64,000 nt of DNA from Acidimicrobiia bacterium (GTDB taxonomy: Bacteria; Actinomycetota; Acidimicrobiia; IMCC26256; JAENVU01), in NCBI GenBank assembly GCA_038252255.1, contig JBBSAM010000021.1, positions 10,293 through 74,292 on the forward strand. The letters are read 5' to 3'. The notes under the pieces were generated by a model. It did no database searches and had not been told where the DNA came from. It saw nothing but the letters and a program-made list of their open reading frames with translations. The position numbers were made by a program, and so were the translations under genes. Shown here one piece after another: positions 40,093 through 49,670 of the stretch. Numbering within the stretch: position 1 is the stretch's first letter; each line of letters begins with the position of its first letter.

Positions 40093-40680
40093 TCAACGGG
40101 CGATCTTCGTGCGCTTGAACTCGTTCAGGCGGGTCCACTCGAGCAGGTCGAGCGCGCGCATGAGGTCGTCCCCGCGACCGCGCTCCATGAATCGGATGAA
40201 CACCGCTTCCTCGCCCTCGCAGAACGTAGGGACGCCGAAGACCGACCAGCGCTCGACGCCTTCGACGTGCTCGGCCGCGAGCGTCTTGAGCGGCCGGCCG
40301 CTCCATACCTCGGCCTTCACCGCGTCGACGTCGAGGCCGACGCGCGCGATCGCCTCCTCGAGCACCTCCTCGTGACCGAGCTTCTTGCCGTGGTCGTGCC
40401 GCTGCGCGAAGAGCTCGACGTGGGCCTCGAGGAACTTCTCGGGGAAGGCGTCACGGACGGCGATGCCGTAGAGCAGTGCCGTGGTGCCGGTGCCCCAGTC
40501 GCTCGGATCGCGCTCCCAGACGGGGGTGTCACCCTCTTCGACGTGCGCCTGGTCGAGGGAGAACGGGAGGAACCGCACGTCGAGGTCGGCGCCGTCGCGC
40601 AGAGCGTTGATCACCGCCTCGTGGCCATTGCGGGCGAAGGGGCAGCGGTAGTCGAAGGTGGCGACGATCTCACGAGGCAC
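40093..40680 (-). CDS. DsbA-like thioredoxin-fold protein
   Basis: FDYRCPFA, FGVPT, EFKR; RBS GGAGG. Confidence 0.85.
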   Translation of the reverse strand: MPREIVATFDYRCPFARNGHEAVINALRDGADLDVRFLPFSLDQAHVEEGDTPVWERDPSDWGTGTTALLYGIAVRDAFPEKFLEAHVELFAQRHDHGKKLGHEEVLEEAIARVGLDVDAVKAEVWSGRPLKTLAAEHVEGVERWSVFGVPTFCEGEEAVFIRFMERGRGDDLMRALDLLEWTRLNEFKRTKIAR

Positions 40681-40729
40681 GGGAACCTCCTAGGGCAGTG
40701 GATTCCGATGCTAACGCCGGGTCCGCGGC

Positions 40730-41293
40730 TCATCTTCCCGAAGGGGTGAACCACTGCCGGGCGACCCGGCCGAGCGCCATCCCCACGATGGCGCCGGCAA
40801 TGACGTCCGACGCGTGGTGCATGCGCACATAGACGCGGCTGCCCGCGACGACGGTGGCGAACGCGAACCAGAACGTGTCGCCGTGGCCCGTAGAGGCCAG
40901 CACGGACGCGGCGGTGAAGGCCGCGGTCGCGTGACCTGAGGGAAAGGACGAGGTGATCGGCCGGCGCATGCCGTAGGGCAGCCGCCCCTCGGCGATCTCC
41001 GGCTCGGGCCGCACCCGGCGGAACGCCGACTTGATCAGCCCGTTCGTGAGCCCCGACTCGGCGCTCATCGTGATCCCGAACTTCGCCGCGAACCGGAGGT
41101 CACCGCGCCGCAGCGCGCGGAGTGCGCCGATCCCGAACCAGAGCAGGCTGTGATCGGCGGCGCTCGAGATCGTGTACATGCACCGGTCGAGGGCCGGGTT
41201 GCGGACCGACTCCAGGAATCGATCGACTGCCTCGTCGAACGCGCGGACCGCGGGCAGCTCTTCCGGATTCGGTATCCGCCACGCGGTGGCCAT
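40730..41293 (-). CDS. PAP2 family phosphatase
   Basis: K...RVRP, SFPSGH, SRVY..MHHASD. Confidence 0.92.
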   Translation of the reverse strand: MATAWRIPNPEELPAVRAFDEAVDRFLESVRNPALDRCMYTISSAADHSLLWFGIGALRALRRGDLRFAAKFGITMSAESGLTNGLIKSAFRRVRPEPEIAEGRLPYGMRRPITSSFPSGHATAAFTAASVLASTGHGDTFWFAFATVVAGSRVYVRMHHASDVIAGAIVGMALGRVARQWFTPSGR

Positions 41294-41303
41294 GGACGCG
41301 GCG

Positions 41304-42149
41304 TTACGCCGAGGTGGTGGCCAAGGGAAGCACCGGCGCGATGACGGTTCCCGGACCGAGCAGCTCGGCCGCGAGGGCGGGGTCGCCGCCGAACGCCGGG
41401 CAGTACGCCTGGTACGAGCAGTAGTTGCACAACGGGCCCGGGTGGGGCCGGAAGTCGTCGCGCGCACACGCCGACTCGATGGCCTTCCACAACGCCTGCG
41501 ACTTGCGGGCGACACCGTTGACCGTCTGGTCCGAAGGGACGGCGATGATCGCCTCCGGCTTCGAGAGGTAGAGGAGCTGGACGCGCACGGGGCGCCGGCC
41601 GAGCAGCTGCTCCACCATCAGCGCGTACATGTGCACGCCCGCGAGCCGTTGCAGCTCGTAGCGCTCACCGGGGACCGAGCCCGTCTTGTAGTCCGTGATG
41701 ACGAGCTCGCCATCGCCGTCGAGCTCGAGCCGGTCGATCACGCCGCGCAGCTTCAGGGCCCCGACGGTGGCGCTCAACCGCAGCTCGAGCCCGATCGGGC
41801 GCACTCGCACCGGGTCCTCGAGCTCGAAGTAGCGCTGCACGAGCACCTCGGCCTCGGCGTGGAACGTGTCCCACTCGGCCTCGCTCAGGTCCAAGCCGGC
41901 GAACTCCGGGTGGTCGGCGAGCTCGGCCCGGGCGCGGGCGAGATCCTCGAGCGCGGCCGGCAGCGTGCGATCAGGCCCGTCGCGCAGCATCAGCAGCTCG
42001 AGCGCCCGGTGCACCATCGTGCCCTTGCTGGCCGGAGCGGACGGCGGCTGGGGGAGCCGGTCGAGGTACGAGAACTTGAACGCGAGCGGGCAGCTCTTGA
42101 AGGCGCCGAATGCGCTCGGCGACAGACCTCGAGGCAGCCCTACTCCCAT
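41304..42149 (-). CDS. RecB-family PD-(D/E)XK exonuclease (Fe-S staple type)
   Basis: LSPS..FKSCP, RGVIDRL, DYKTG, CNYCSYQAYC. Confidence 0.92.
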   Translation of the reverse strand: MGVGLPRGLSPSAFGAFKSCPLAFKFSYLDRLPQPPSAPASKGTMVHRALELLMLRDGPDRTLPAALEDLARARAELADHPEFAGLDLSEAEWDTFHAEAEVLVQRYFELEDPVRVRPIGLELRLSATVGALKLRGVIDRLELDGDGELVITDYKTGSVPGERYELQRLAGVHMYALMVEQLLGRRPVRVQLLYLSKPEAIIAVPSDQTVNGVARKSQALWKAIESACARDDFRPHPGPLCNYCSYQAYCPAFGGDPALAAELLGPGTVIAPVLPLATTSA

Positions 42150-42277
42150 GTCTGCGAGGGTACTCAGGGGGTGGGACAGCCGCGCGGAGCGGGGGGCTTG
42201 CGGTGCGGTCCGGCAGGTGGGATCCTCTCCGGAGCTCTGAGGGCGATTTGCGGCTTTCAGGCCGATTCGGGGAACGG

Positions 42278-43627
42278 GTGACCGCGGTCGCCCACGAGGC
42301 AGGGGGGCACTCGATCTTGCACCGTCGGAGCAGCCGACCCGGCCCGGCCGCCGTGGGTGTCGCGGCCTTGGCGGCAGCGGTCGCCGGACTGCTGATGGCC
42401 CCGAGCGGCGCCGGGGCGGCGTCCGAGACGCGGACCCTCTACAACCGGGAGAGCCTCTCGGTGCGATCGGGTGACGGCTGTGCCCTGCTGGCCACGACGG
42501 CCACCTCCGCCGCGTCGAAGACGCGCCAGGACTATCGCTGCGCCGGCGCGGGCGCCGGCGCCCCTTCTCCACCCGCCGGGCCCGGCGCCGTCACCCTCGA
42601 CGACGGCGACACGCTCTCGGTCATGTCGGGCGACGGATGCGGCTTGCAGCCGGCAGGGACGGCGGGCGCGTCGCCCCGGGTCCGGCGTGAGGTCACGTGC
42701 GGCCTGAGATCGACGCGCCGCCCGGCGGAGTCGCCCCCGCCGGTTGTCGCCGCGGTGCCGCCCAAGTCCGTGACCGGCGGTGCGGCGTGGAGGAGCATCT
42801 GGTCGGACGAGTTCTCGGGTAGCGGCATCGACGCGACGAAGTGGAACGTCGCCGACGACGCGAACTATGGCAGTGCGAATCGCGAGGACCAGTGCTACCG
42901 GAGAGCGAACGTCACCGAGTCCGGGGGCACGCTGCGACTGACCGGTCGTCGTGAGACCGTGACGGGATGCGGACGGAACCCGCACGGAGGTCGCGCGTAC
43001 TTCTTCACGTCGGGTCTCGTGACGACCAGACGGCAGAACGGTCCGCTCAAGATGAAGTTCCGGCGTGGCTACGCCGAGGTCCAGATGCGCGTGCCGCGCG
43101 GCAACCTGTACTGGCCTGCGTTCTGGTTGGTGAGCGCCGGCGATGGGTCCAGCCCGAGCTGGCCCGCGTACGGCGAGATCGACGTGGCCGAGATCTACGG
43201 CTCGCATCCGGACGTCATGGAGAGCAACTTCCATCGCTCCGGTGGGAGCATCGGCGGTCGGCGCCACAACGTGAACCACCCGCGATCGACCGCGGTCGGC
43301 GTGAACGTGAACCCGCCGCACGTGCTGGTCACCGGCGGCACCAACGGCTGGCACCGTTACGGCATCAAGTGGAGCGCCAACCGGCTGGACTGGTTCATCG
43401 ACGGCGTTCCGGTCCGCACCTACAAGGCGTCGACCAACGCGGACCGCAAGGCACTGGGCTACGAGAAGAGCATCATGCTCAACCTTGCGATAGGCGGGAC
43501 CGGCCCGCGCGACACCGCTCGCGGCTACACCGGCGACGAGTCCGGCGGTGCGTACAAGAACGGCAACCTCACCGCGGACATCCCCGGCGTGTTGGCAGTC
43601 GACTATGTCCGGGTTTGGCAGCCATGA
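42278..43627 (+). CDS. Secreted GH16 glycoside hydrolase, paralogue 1
   Basis: Signal peptide, WSDEFSG, WPAFW, catalytic EIDVAE, WHRYG, DYVRVWQ. Confidence 0.9.
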   Translation: MTAVAHEAGGHSILHRRSSRPGPAAVGVAALAAAVAGLLMAPSGAGAASETRTLYNRESLSVRSGDGCALLATTATSAASKTRQDYRCAGAGAGAPSPPAGPGAVTLDDGDTLSVMSGDGCGLQPAGTAGASPRVRREVTCGLRSTRRPAESPPPVVAAVPPKSVTGGAAWRSIWSDEFSGSGIDATKWNVADDANYGSANREDQCYRRANVTESGGTLRLTGRRETVTGCGRNPHGGRAYFFTSGLVTTRRQNGPLKMKFRRGYAEVQMRVPRGNLYWPAFWLVSAGDGSSPSWPAYGEIDVAEIYGSHPDVMESNFHRSGGSIGGRRHNVNHPRSTAVGVNVNPPHVLVTGGTNGWHRYGIKWSANRLDWFIDGVPVRTYKASTNADRKALGYEKSIMLNLAIGGTGPRDTARGYTGDESGGAYKNGNLTADIPGVLAVDYVRVWQP

Positions 43628-43912
43628 AGGGCGTTCGCGCAATCTGAGCAGGCACACACTGCGTCCGCGCGGCCACCCGGACTGAACACGGCTCGCGCGC
43701 ACATCCGCGCATGATCACGCGCGGTGGTCACCATGAGCGCGCCACGCCGCGTCGACCCATAATGCTGCTTCAGTCTCCTCATTCGCCATGGACGGCGCGC
43801 GCAATCGAGGCCCGACGGTTTCGCAGAGGCACCAAAGGGGGACGGTGGAGGTGTTCCGCCCGAGCCCCCACGAGAGCGGCGCGGCGGCAGGCACCAATCG
43901 CTGGAGCTCCAC

Positions 43913-45238
43913 ATGGACGTAGAACTGCGGCAACGGAATGCCGCCGGCGCGCGACGCAGACGCGACAACCGGCTGGCAGTCGTCGCGCTCGTCGGTGCGA
44001 TGGTGCTCGGCGCGTCGGCACTGACCGCCGTGATGCCCGCGGAGCGCGCCGGGGCTGCGTCGCAGGTGCGGGTGCTGTCCGGGGGCGGATTCCTCTCCGT
44101 CATCTCCGCCGACGGATGCAGCCTGAAGCCGGCACGGTTGAGCACCGCCCCGCCCAAGGCACGGCGTGACTACAAGTGCACGAAGAAGAGCACGGCGCCG
44201 TCCACGGCGACCACCGGAACGATCAAGATGGTGAACGGTGGCGTCGTCTCGATCGTGGCCAGTGGGTGCGCGCTGAAGGTGAAGCGGCTCACGACGATCC
44301 CGACGCGGTACCGCCGGGACGTGCAATGCGTAGGAAAGAGCGGCTCGCCCTCTCCGCCCTCGGGCCAACCTCCCGCGGCCGTGACCGGTGGCGCCACTTG
44401 GCGCGGGATCTGGTCCGACGACTTCTCGGGCACCTCGGTCGACACCACGAAGTGGAACGTGCAGAACAACTCCAACTTCGGCAGCGGCAACAACGAAGAC
44501 GAGTGCTACCGGAGCGCGAACGTCACCGAGTCCGGCGGCACGCTGCGAATCGCGGGCCGGCGCCAATCGGTGACGGGTTGTGGCACGAACCCGAACGGTG
44601 GGAGCACGTACTACTTCACGAGCGGAATGGTCACGACGAAGGCCCAGGGCGGACCGCTCCGGATGAAGTTCCGCCAGGGCTACCTCGAGGCGCAGATGCG
44701 CGTGCCGCGCGGCAACATCTACTGGCCCGCGTTCTGGCTGACGAGTGCGGGTGACGGCTCGAGTCCCGGTTGGCCGGACTACGGCGAGGTCGACATCACC
44801 GAGATCTACGGCTCGCACCCGGACATCAGCGAGAGCAACTTCTGGCGGGCCGGCGGGAGCATCGGCGCCCGCAACACCAATGTGAACAAGCCGCCGTCGA
44901 GCGCGACCGGCATCAACGTCAATCCTCCGAACCCGCTCGTTGCCGGCGGAACCAACAACTGGCACCGGTACGGGATCAAGTGGAGCGCCAGCCGATTGGA
45001 CTGGTTCGTCGACGGGGTCCTGGTGGGGAGCTACAACGCCTCGTCGAACGCGGATCTCGCGGCACTCGGGTACCAGAAGAGCATCATCTTGAACCTGGCG
45101 ATGGGCGGGGACGGGCCGCGCTCCTCGGACCACGGCTACACCGGTGGCGAAGCCGGTGGGACCTACAACAACGGCAACCTCGCCGCGGACCTGCCGGGCG
45201 TGATGGAGATCAACTACGTCCGGCTGTGGCAGCCCTAG
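43913..45238 (+). CDS. Secreted GH16 glycoside hydrolase, paralogue 2
   Basis: Signal peptide, WSDDFSG, EVDITE, NYVRLWQ. Confidence 0.92.
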   Translation: MDVELRQRNAAGARRRRDNRLAVVALVGAMVLGASALTAVMPAERAGAASQVRVLSGGGFLSVISADGCSLKPARLSTAPPKARRDYKCTKKSTAPSTATTGTIKMVNGGVVSIVASGCALKVKRLTTIPTRYRRDVQCVGKSGSPSPPSGQPPAAVTGGATWRGIWSDDFSGTSVDTTKWNVQNNSNFGSGNNEDECYRSANVTESGGTLRIAGRRQSVTGCGTNPNGGSTYYFTSGMVTTKAQGGPLRMKFRQGYLEAQMRVPRGNIYWPAFWLTSAGDGSSPGWPDYGEVDITEIYGSHPDISESNFWRAGGSIGARNTNVNKPPSSATGINVNPPNPLVAGGTNNWHRYGIKWSASRLDWFVDGVLVGSYNASSNADLAALGYQKSIILNLAMGGDGPRSSDHGYTGGEAGGTYNNGNLAADLPGVMEINYVRLWQP

Positions 45239-45427
45239 ACGTTCGGGGAGCGGCGGCCAGCCGGCGGTACCACCACTGTCCGTGGTATCTGGTAGCCCGA
45301 ATCCCCTATGCCCAGGAGAAATCGGGCTCCGGCGGTTTCGGTAGGGATGCACCTGAGGGGCGATTCGTCCTAGTCTGTCGGGCCTGAGCCCACCCGAGAG
45401 GGTGGGGAGGCCTGGGGGAATCACTGC

Positions 45428-46756
45428 GTGGGCGCACGACGGAACCGTGACGGCGCGAGTGGTCGGCGTCGAGCCGCGCTCTGCGTGGCAACCGTCGTGG
45501 CGATCCTGGCCTCCGCGATGGTCCTGACCTCGTCCCGCGACGCGTTCGCGGTGAGCACCGTCCGCTACATCTACAACGGGGGCAACATCTCGGCGATCTC
45601 GGGAGACGGCTGCAGCCTGAAGCCCGTTCACCTCACGACCGCGAAGGGCGCGGTGCGGCGCGACTACGCGTGCTCCAAGAAGAGCACGAAGCCGTCGACG
45701 GCGAAGACCGGCACCATCGTGCTGCGCAACGGCGATGTCGCCTCCGTCGTCTCGGGGGACGGCTGCAAGCTCAAGGTGAAGCGCCTCACGACCATCGCGC
45801 CCCGCTACCGGCGCGACGTCCAATGTGTGCTCAAGGGCACGCCACCGCCCCCGGTGCAGCAGCCGCCCCCGGCGAACCCGCCGACCGAGCAGCCGCCCAC
45901 CGCGGTGACGGGCGGCGCAATGTGGAGGAACGTCTTCTCGGACGAGTTCAGCGGCACCGCGGTGGACGGGACGAAGTGGAACGTGCCGAACAACTCGAAC
46001 TTCGGGAGCGGCAACGACGAGGACCAGTGCTACCGGAGCGCGAACGTCACCGAGTCCGGCGGCACGCTGAAGTTCACCGCTCGCCGCCAGTCGGTGACCG
46101 GTTGCAGTGGCAACCCGAACGGCGGCAGCACGTACTACTTCACCAGCGGCATGGTCACGACCCGAGCACAGGACGCGCCACTGCGGAAGAAGTACCGCCA
46201 GGGTTACCTCGAGGTTCAGATGCGGGTACCGCGTGGCAACATCTACTGGCCGGCGCTCTGGTTGGCCGACCCGCTCGACGGCACGAGCCCGGGCTGGCCG
46301 GCCTACGGCGAGATCGACGCGTCGGAGATCTACGGTGCCCGGCCGGACGTGACGGAGAGCAACTTCTGGCGAGCGAACGGCGACATCGGCGCGGGGGACC
46401 ACAACGTCAACAACCCGCCGTCGAGCGCCAACGGGGTCAGCATCAACCCGCCGAACGCCTACGTGTCGGGCGGGACCACCAACTGGCACCGGTACGGCCT
46501 GAACTGGACCTCGACCAAGCTGCAGTGGTTCGTCGACGGGGTGGTGGTCCGTACCTTCAACGCCTCCACGAATGCGGATCTGGCCGCCCTTGGCTACGAG
46601 AAGAGCATCATCTTGAACCTGGCGCTCGGCGGCACCGGTCCACAGGACCACGGCTACACCGGGCGTGAGTCGGGGGGCACCTACAGCAACGGCAACCTCG
46701 CGGCCGATCTCCCCGGTGTGATGGAGATCGACTACGTCCGGCTCTACCAGCCGTAG
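45428..46756 (+). CDS. Secreted GH16 glycoside hydrolase, paralogue 3
   Basis: Signal peptide, FSDEFSG, EIDASE, DYVRLYQ. Confidence 0.92.
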   Translation: MGARRNRDGASGRRRAALCVATVVAILASAMVLTSSRDAFAVSTVRYIYNGGNISAISGDGCSLKPVHLTTAKGAVRRDYACSKKSTKPSTAKTGTIVLRNGDVASVVSGDGCKLKVKRLTTIAPRYRRDVQCVLKGTPPPPVQQPPPANPPTEQPPTAVTGGAMWRNVFSDEFSGTAVDGTKWNVPNNSNFGSGNDEDQCYRSANVTESGGTLKFTARRQSVTGCSGNPNGGSTYYFTSGMVTTRAQDAPLRKKYRQGYLEVQMRVPRGNIYWPALWLADPLDGTSPGWPAYGEIDASEIYGARPDVTESNFWRANGDIGAGDHNVNNPPSSANGVSINPPNAYVSGGTTNWHRYGLNWTSTKLQWFVDGVVVRTFNASTNADLAALGYEKSIILNLALGGTGPQDHGYTGRESGGTYSNGNLAADLPGVMEIDYVRLYQP

Positions 46757-46773
46757 CGCCCGGATCCGAGTCG

Positions 46774-47544
46774 TCAGGCGGAGCGGCGCTGCTTCGGCCG
46801 CCGGGCGCGCCGGGTGGCGGGCACCCGCTGATCGGAGGCGGCGACGACACCGGTCTGCAGGCGCCCGAGCACGACCGTCCACGCGGTCTCGATGAACTCC
46901 GCGTGCTCGGGTGAGTTGATGAGCTGGTGCACTTCGACGTGGCAACCGGCCTCGGTTCCCGCGAAGCGCAGGTAGCCGGTCATCTCGCCGCCCGGGATCG
47001 GGATGTTGTCGTCTTCGAAGTCCCAGCGCAGCACGATCAGATGCGGCTCGACGACGTGCTCGTAGACACCGACGACGCGTGTGCCCCACTCCAGGGAGCA
47101 GCTGAACCTCCGGTCCTCGATCTGCACCGGTACTCCCATCCAACGGCTGTAGACCGCGGGATCGGTGAACGCGCGGAAGGTCGTCGGCTGGTCGGTCTCG
47201 ACGTCGATCTGGGCGATGACGACACCGTGCGTCTCGGCGTGGGCGAGCGCGCGCTCGGGGATGTCGTCGGCCGGAATCCACTTTGCCGCGCTGTCCGTGA
47301 GCGCGTCGTGCAGGCTGCGCAACGCGTCCTGCCGGGTTCGGTAGCGCCGGAAGTTGCCCTGCCTGGTCATCGTGACGAGACCGGCTTCGCGCAGCACCGA
47401 GAGGTGTTGCGAGACCGTCGGTGCGCGGACGTGGAAGGCCGCGGCGATCTCGCCGGCCGGGAGCTCCCGGTCCCAGATCCGCGCCAGGATCTCGCGCCGT
47501 ACCGGTGAGCTCAGCGCGTCGAGGATTCGCTGCACGTCCCGCAT
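46774..47544 (-). CDS. ArsR-family regulator fused to SRPBCC/AHSA1 domain
   Basis: ALSSPVRREIL..VSQHLSVLREAGLV; C-terminal AFTDP..W..GW-like SRPBCC. Confidence 0.88.
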   Translation of the reverse strand: MRDVQRILDALSSPVRREILARIWDRELPAGEIAAAFHVRAPTVSQHLSVLREAGLVTMTRQGNFRRYRTRQDALRSLHDALTDSAAKWIPADDIPERALAHAETHGVVIAQIDVETDQPTTFRAFTDPAVYSRWMGVPVQIEDRRFSCSLEWGTRVVGVYEHVVEPHLIVLRWDFEDDNIPIPGGEMTGYLRFAGTEAGCHVEVHQLINSPEHAEFIETAWTVVLGRLQTGVVAASDQRVPATRRARRPKQRRSA

Positions 47545-47573
47545 GACCGGCCGATCGTAACCAGTTCTGGCAT

Positions 47574-47613
47574 CTATTTCGTCCAACACCTAATTTGGCA
47601 GGACCCGAAATAG
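47574..47613. promoter_or_regulatory. Putative ArsR operator (two overlapping imperfect palindromes) in divergent promoter
   Basis: ATTTCG-N7-CCTAAT and ATTTGG-N7-CGAAAT; whole site bounded by CTATTTCG/CGAAATAG. Confidence 0.6.
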
Positions 47614-47648
47614 CAGCCGGAGACCGAGACCCGGATCAAGGAGCCGTC

Positions 47649-48269
47649 ATGGCCGATCTGATGCCGATGGTGCACGCCGAGCGCGCATCGCTCGCCGAGT
47701 TCCTGGCCCCGCTGCCGGCCGACCAATGGAGCGCGCCGACGTGGTGCGACAAGTGGGACGTGCAGGAGCTGGTCGGGCACCTCACCGCGGCCGGCAACAT
47801 CACGGCTCCGCACTTCTTCGCGGGTCTCGCCCGCGGTGGCTTCAGCTTCGATCGCTTCGTCGACCGCGACCTTCGTCAGTACGCGTCCGGGTCGCCGGCC
47901 GAGGTGAAGGCTCGTTTCGACGCGATCATCGACAGCACCCGCAAGCCACCCGGTCCCGCCTACGTCGGGTTGGGCGAGATCATGGTTCACGGCGAGGACA
48001 TCCGCAGGGCACTCGGCAGCCGCGGGGAGCATCCGCCCGAGCATCTCGTCACCCTGGCCGAGCTGTACAAGAACACCGGCGCGCCGCTGCGGGCGAAGAA
48101 GCGGTTGGTCGGGCTGCAGCTCGTGGCGACGGACGTCGACTGGTCCACCGGATCCGGTCCAGAGGTGCATGGCCCGTGCATGTCGCTCATCCTCGCGATG
48201 GTGGGTCGCGAGAAGGCCCTCGCTGACTGCGAAGGTCCCGGAGTCGAGACGCTCCGGTCCCGTAGCTGA
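47649..48269 (+). CDS. MDMPI family mycothiol-dependent enzyme
   Basis: ERASL, PTWCDKWDV..LVGH, VHGEDIRR. Confidence 0.9.
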   Translation: MADLMPMVHAERASLAEFLAPLPADQWSAPTWCDKWDVQELVGHLTAAGNITAPHFFAGLARGGFSFDRFVDRDLRQYASGSPAEVKARFDAIIDSTRKPPGPAYVGLGEIMVHGEDIRRALGSRGEHPPEHLVTLAELYKNTGAPLRAKKRLVGLQLVATDVDWSTGSGPEVHGPCMSLILAMVGREKALADCEGPGVETLRSRS

Positions 48270-48302
48270 ACGCGCGTCGACCGACTGGCGAGGAGTGCGA
48301 TC

Positions 48303-48743
48303 GTGACCGTCGATGTCAAGACCGAGATCGTGATCAACCGGCCCACCGAGGCGGTAGCGCGATACGCGACCGATCCGTCCAATGCGCCGGCGTGGTACCG
48401 CAACATCGAGTCCGTGGAATGGAAGACCTCGCCACCGGTCGAGCCAGGTTCGCGAGTGGCGTTCGTCGCGAGGTTTCTCGGCCGGCGGATGGCGTACACC
48501 TACGAGTTCGTGGAGCTGGTGCCCGGGCAACGGCTGGTGATGCGTACCGCAGAGGGTCCCTTCCCGATGGAGACGACCTACAGCTGGGTGCCGACGCCTG
48601 ACGGCGGGACCCGCATGACGCTGCGGAACCGGGGCGAGCCCACCGGCTTCTCGAAGGTGGTGGCGCCGTTCATGGCCGCGGCGGTGCGCCGGGCGAACAA
48701 GAAGGATCTCGCTCAGCTGCGCGCGATCCTCGAAGCCGGGTAG
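48303..48743 (+). CDS. SRPBCC family protein
   Basis: DPSNAPAWY, FLGRR, GPFPMETTY, DLAQL. Confidence 0.9.
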   Translation: MTVDVKTEIVINRPTEAVARYATDPSNAPAWYRNIESVEWKTSPPVEPGSRVAFVARFLGRRMAYTYEFVELVPGQRLVMRTAEGPFPMETTYSWVPTPDGGTRMTLRNRGEPTGFSKVVAPFMAAAVRRANKKDLAQLRAILEAG

Positions 48744-48782
48744 TCGGGGTCACCCGGTTCCCGAGCCGTCTGTGCAGGTCGA

Positions 48783-49496
48783 TCATCCGGCTGGCACGAA
48801 ATGCAGATCGACTGCGGCTCCGTTCTGCACGGGGAGAGCGAGCACCTGCCCGTCGACCGCGACGTCGACCACCCCGGGATTGCCGAGCCGAACGGTCAGC
48901 GGGCCCGACTCGGCGAGCTCACGGGAGTCGCCCGCGTGCAGCGTGGTCGTGTCCACCACGGTGCTGTCCGGACGCTGGTCGCGCATCCAGCAGGCTCCGT
49001 GGGCCGTGAGCGTCAGGCGATACGCGCCCGCGGGGACGGAGATGGTGATGACGCCGGCCTGAGCGCCGAGGACAGCTGTGCTCGGCGGCGCGGTCGTCGA
49101 GGTCGTCGACGCAGTCGTGGGTGTCGACTTCGAAGGCGGCCGGGCTGCGGCCTTGGGTGCCGGAGTCCCGTCCGTGCCGCCCCTGGACGAGATCTGCTCG
49201 ATCGTGAGCCCGACGGCGGCGGCGACGACGAGCGCCGTTGCCGCGACGAGGAGGACAGGCTTCGATGCGATCCGCGGAGACGAGCCCACCTGCCGCCCCG
49301 GCCGGATCGACTCGAATGTCCGTCCGGCCGACGCGGACGTGGGACTCGCCGCGGGGTCCGTCCGCGAGACCGCCGTGCGCAAGGCATCCAGGCGCAATCG
49401 CTGCGAATCGACCGAGTCGCGCTCGTCGATGCTTCGCCGCCGGGCCGCGAGGATCAACAGCACCGACACCGCAACGAGGAGCACGATGAACCACAT
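48783..49496 (-). CDS. Membrane protein with RodZ C-terminal (DUF4115) domain
   Basis: Two TM segments, Thr linker, GACW...RLGNPGVV. Confidence 0.75.
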   Translation of the reverse strand: MWFIVLLVAVSVLLILAARRRSIDERDSVDSQRLRLDALRTAVSRTDPAASPTSASAGRTFESIRPGRQVGSSPRIASKPVLLVAATALVVAAAVGLTIEQISSRGGTDGTPAPKAAARPPSKSTPTTASTTSTTAPPSTAVLGAQAGVITISVPAGAYRLTLTAHGACWMRDQRPDSTVVDTTTLHAGDSRELAESGPLTVRLGNPGVVDVAVDGQVLALPVQNGAAVDLHFVPAG

Positions 49497-49670
49497 GGTC
49501 GAGTACGGAATAGCACGCCGCGATGCCGTGGGGTAGCCGGGCGGAGGGTGGCTTGCATTGCGATGTCGCGCGCGGCCTAATGGGCGTCGACCGGAATGTT
49601 GCGCACGTTCAAGACTTCGGCAAGCACCGGACGGCCCGTTTCGGCGATCTCACGCAAGGGAGGTTCACCG

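Noticed and set aside
41304-42149. Cas4-like nuclease suggesting CRISPR
   Set aside because: No cas1/cas2 and no repeat-spacer array in the window; matches the stand-alone actinobacterial RecB-like family.
45290-45420. c-di-AMP (ydaO) riboswitch resemblance (GCCCGAATCC, GGGGCGATTC); similar fragment at 5266..5281
   Set aside because: The conserved GUCAGCUAAC/GACAGCUCAC block and the expected element order are missing.
43715-47281. 1188-aa minus-strand ORF (and other long antisense ORFs such as 23307..25658, 26908..28845)
   Set aside because: Shadow frames of real high-GC genes; Arg/Pro/Gly-rich with no motifs.
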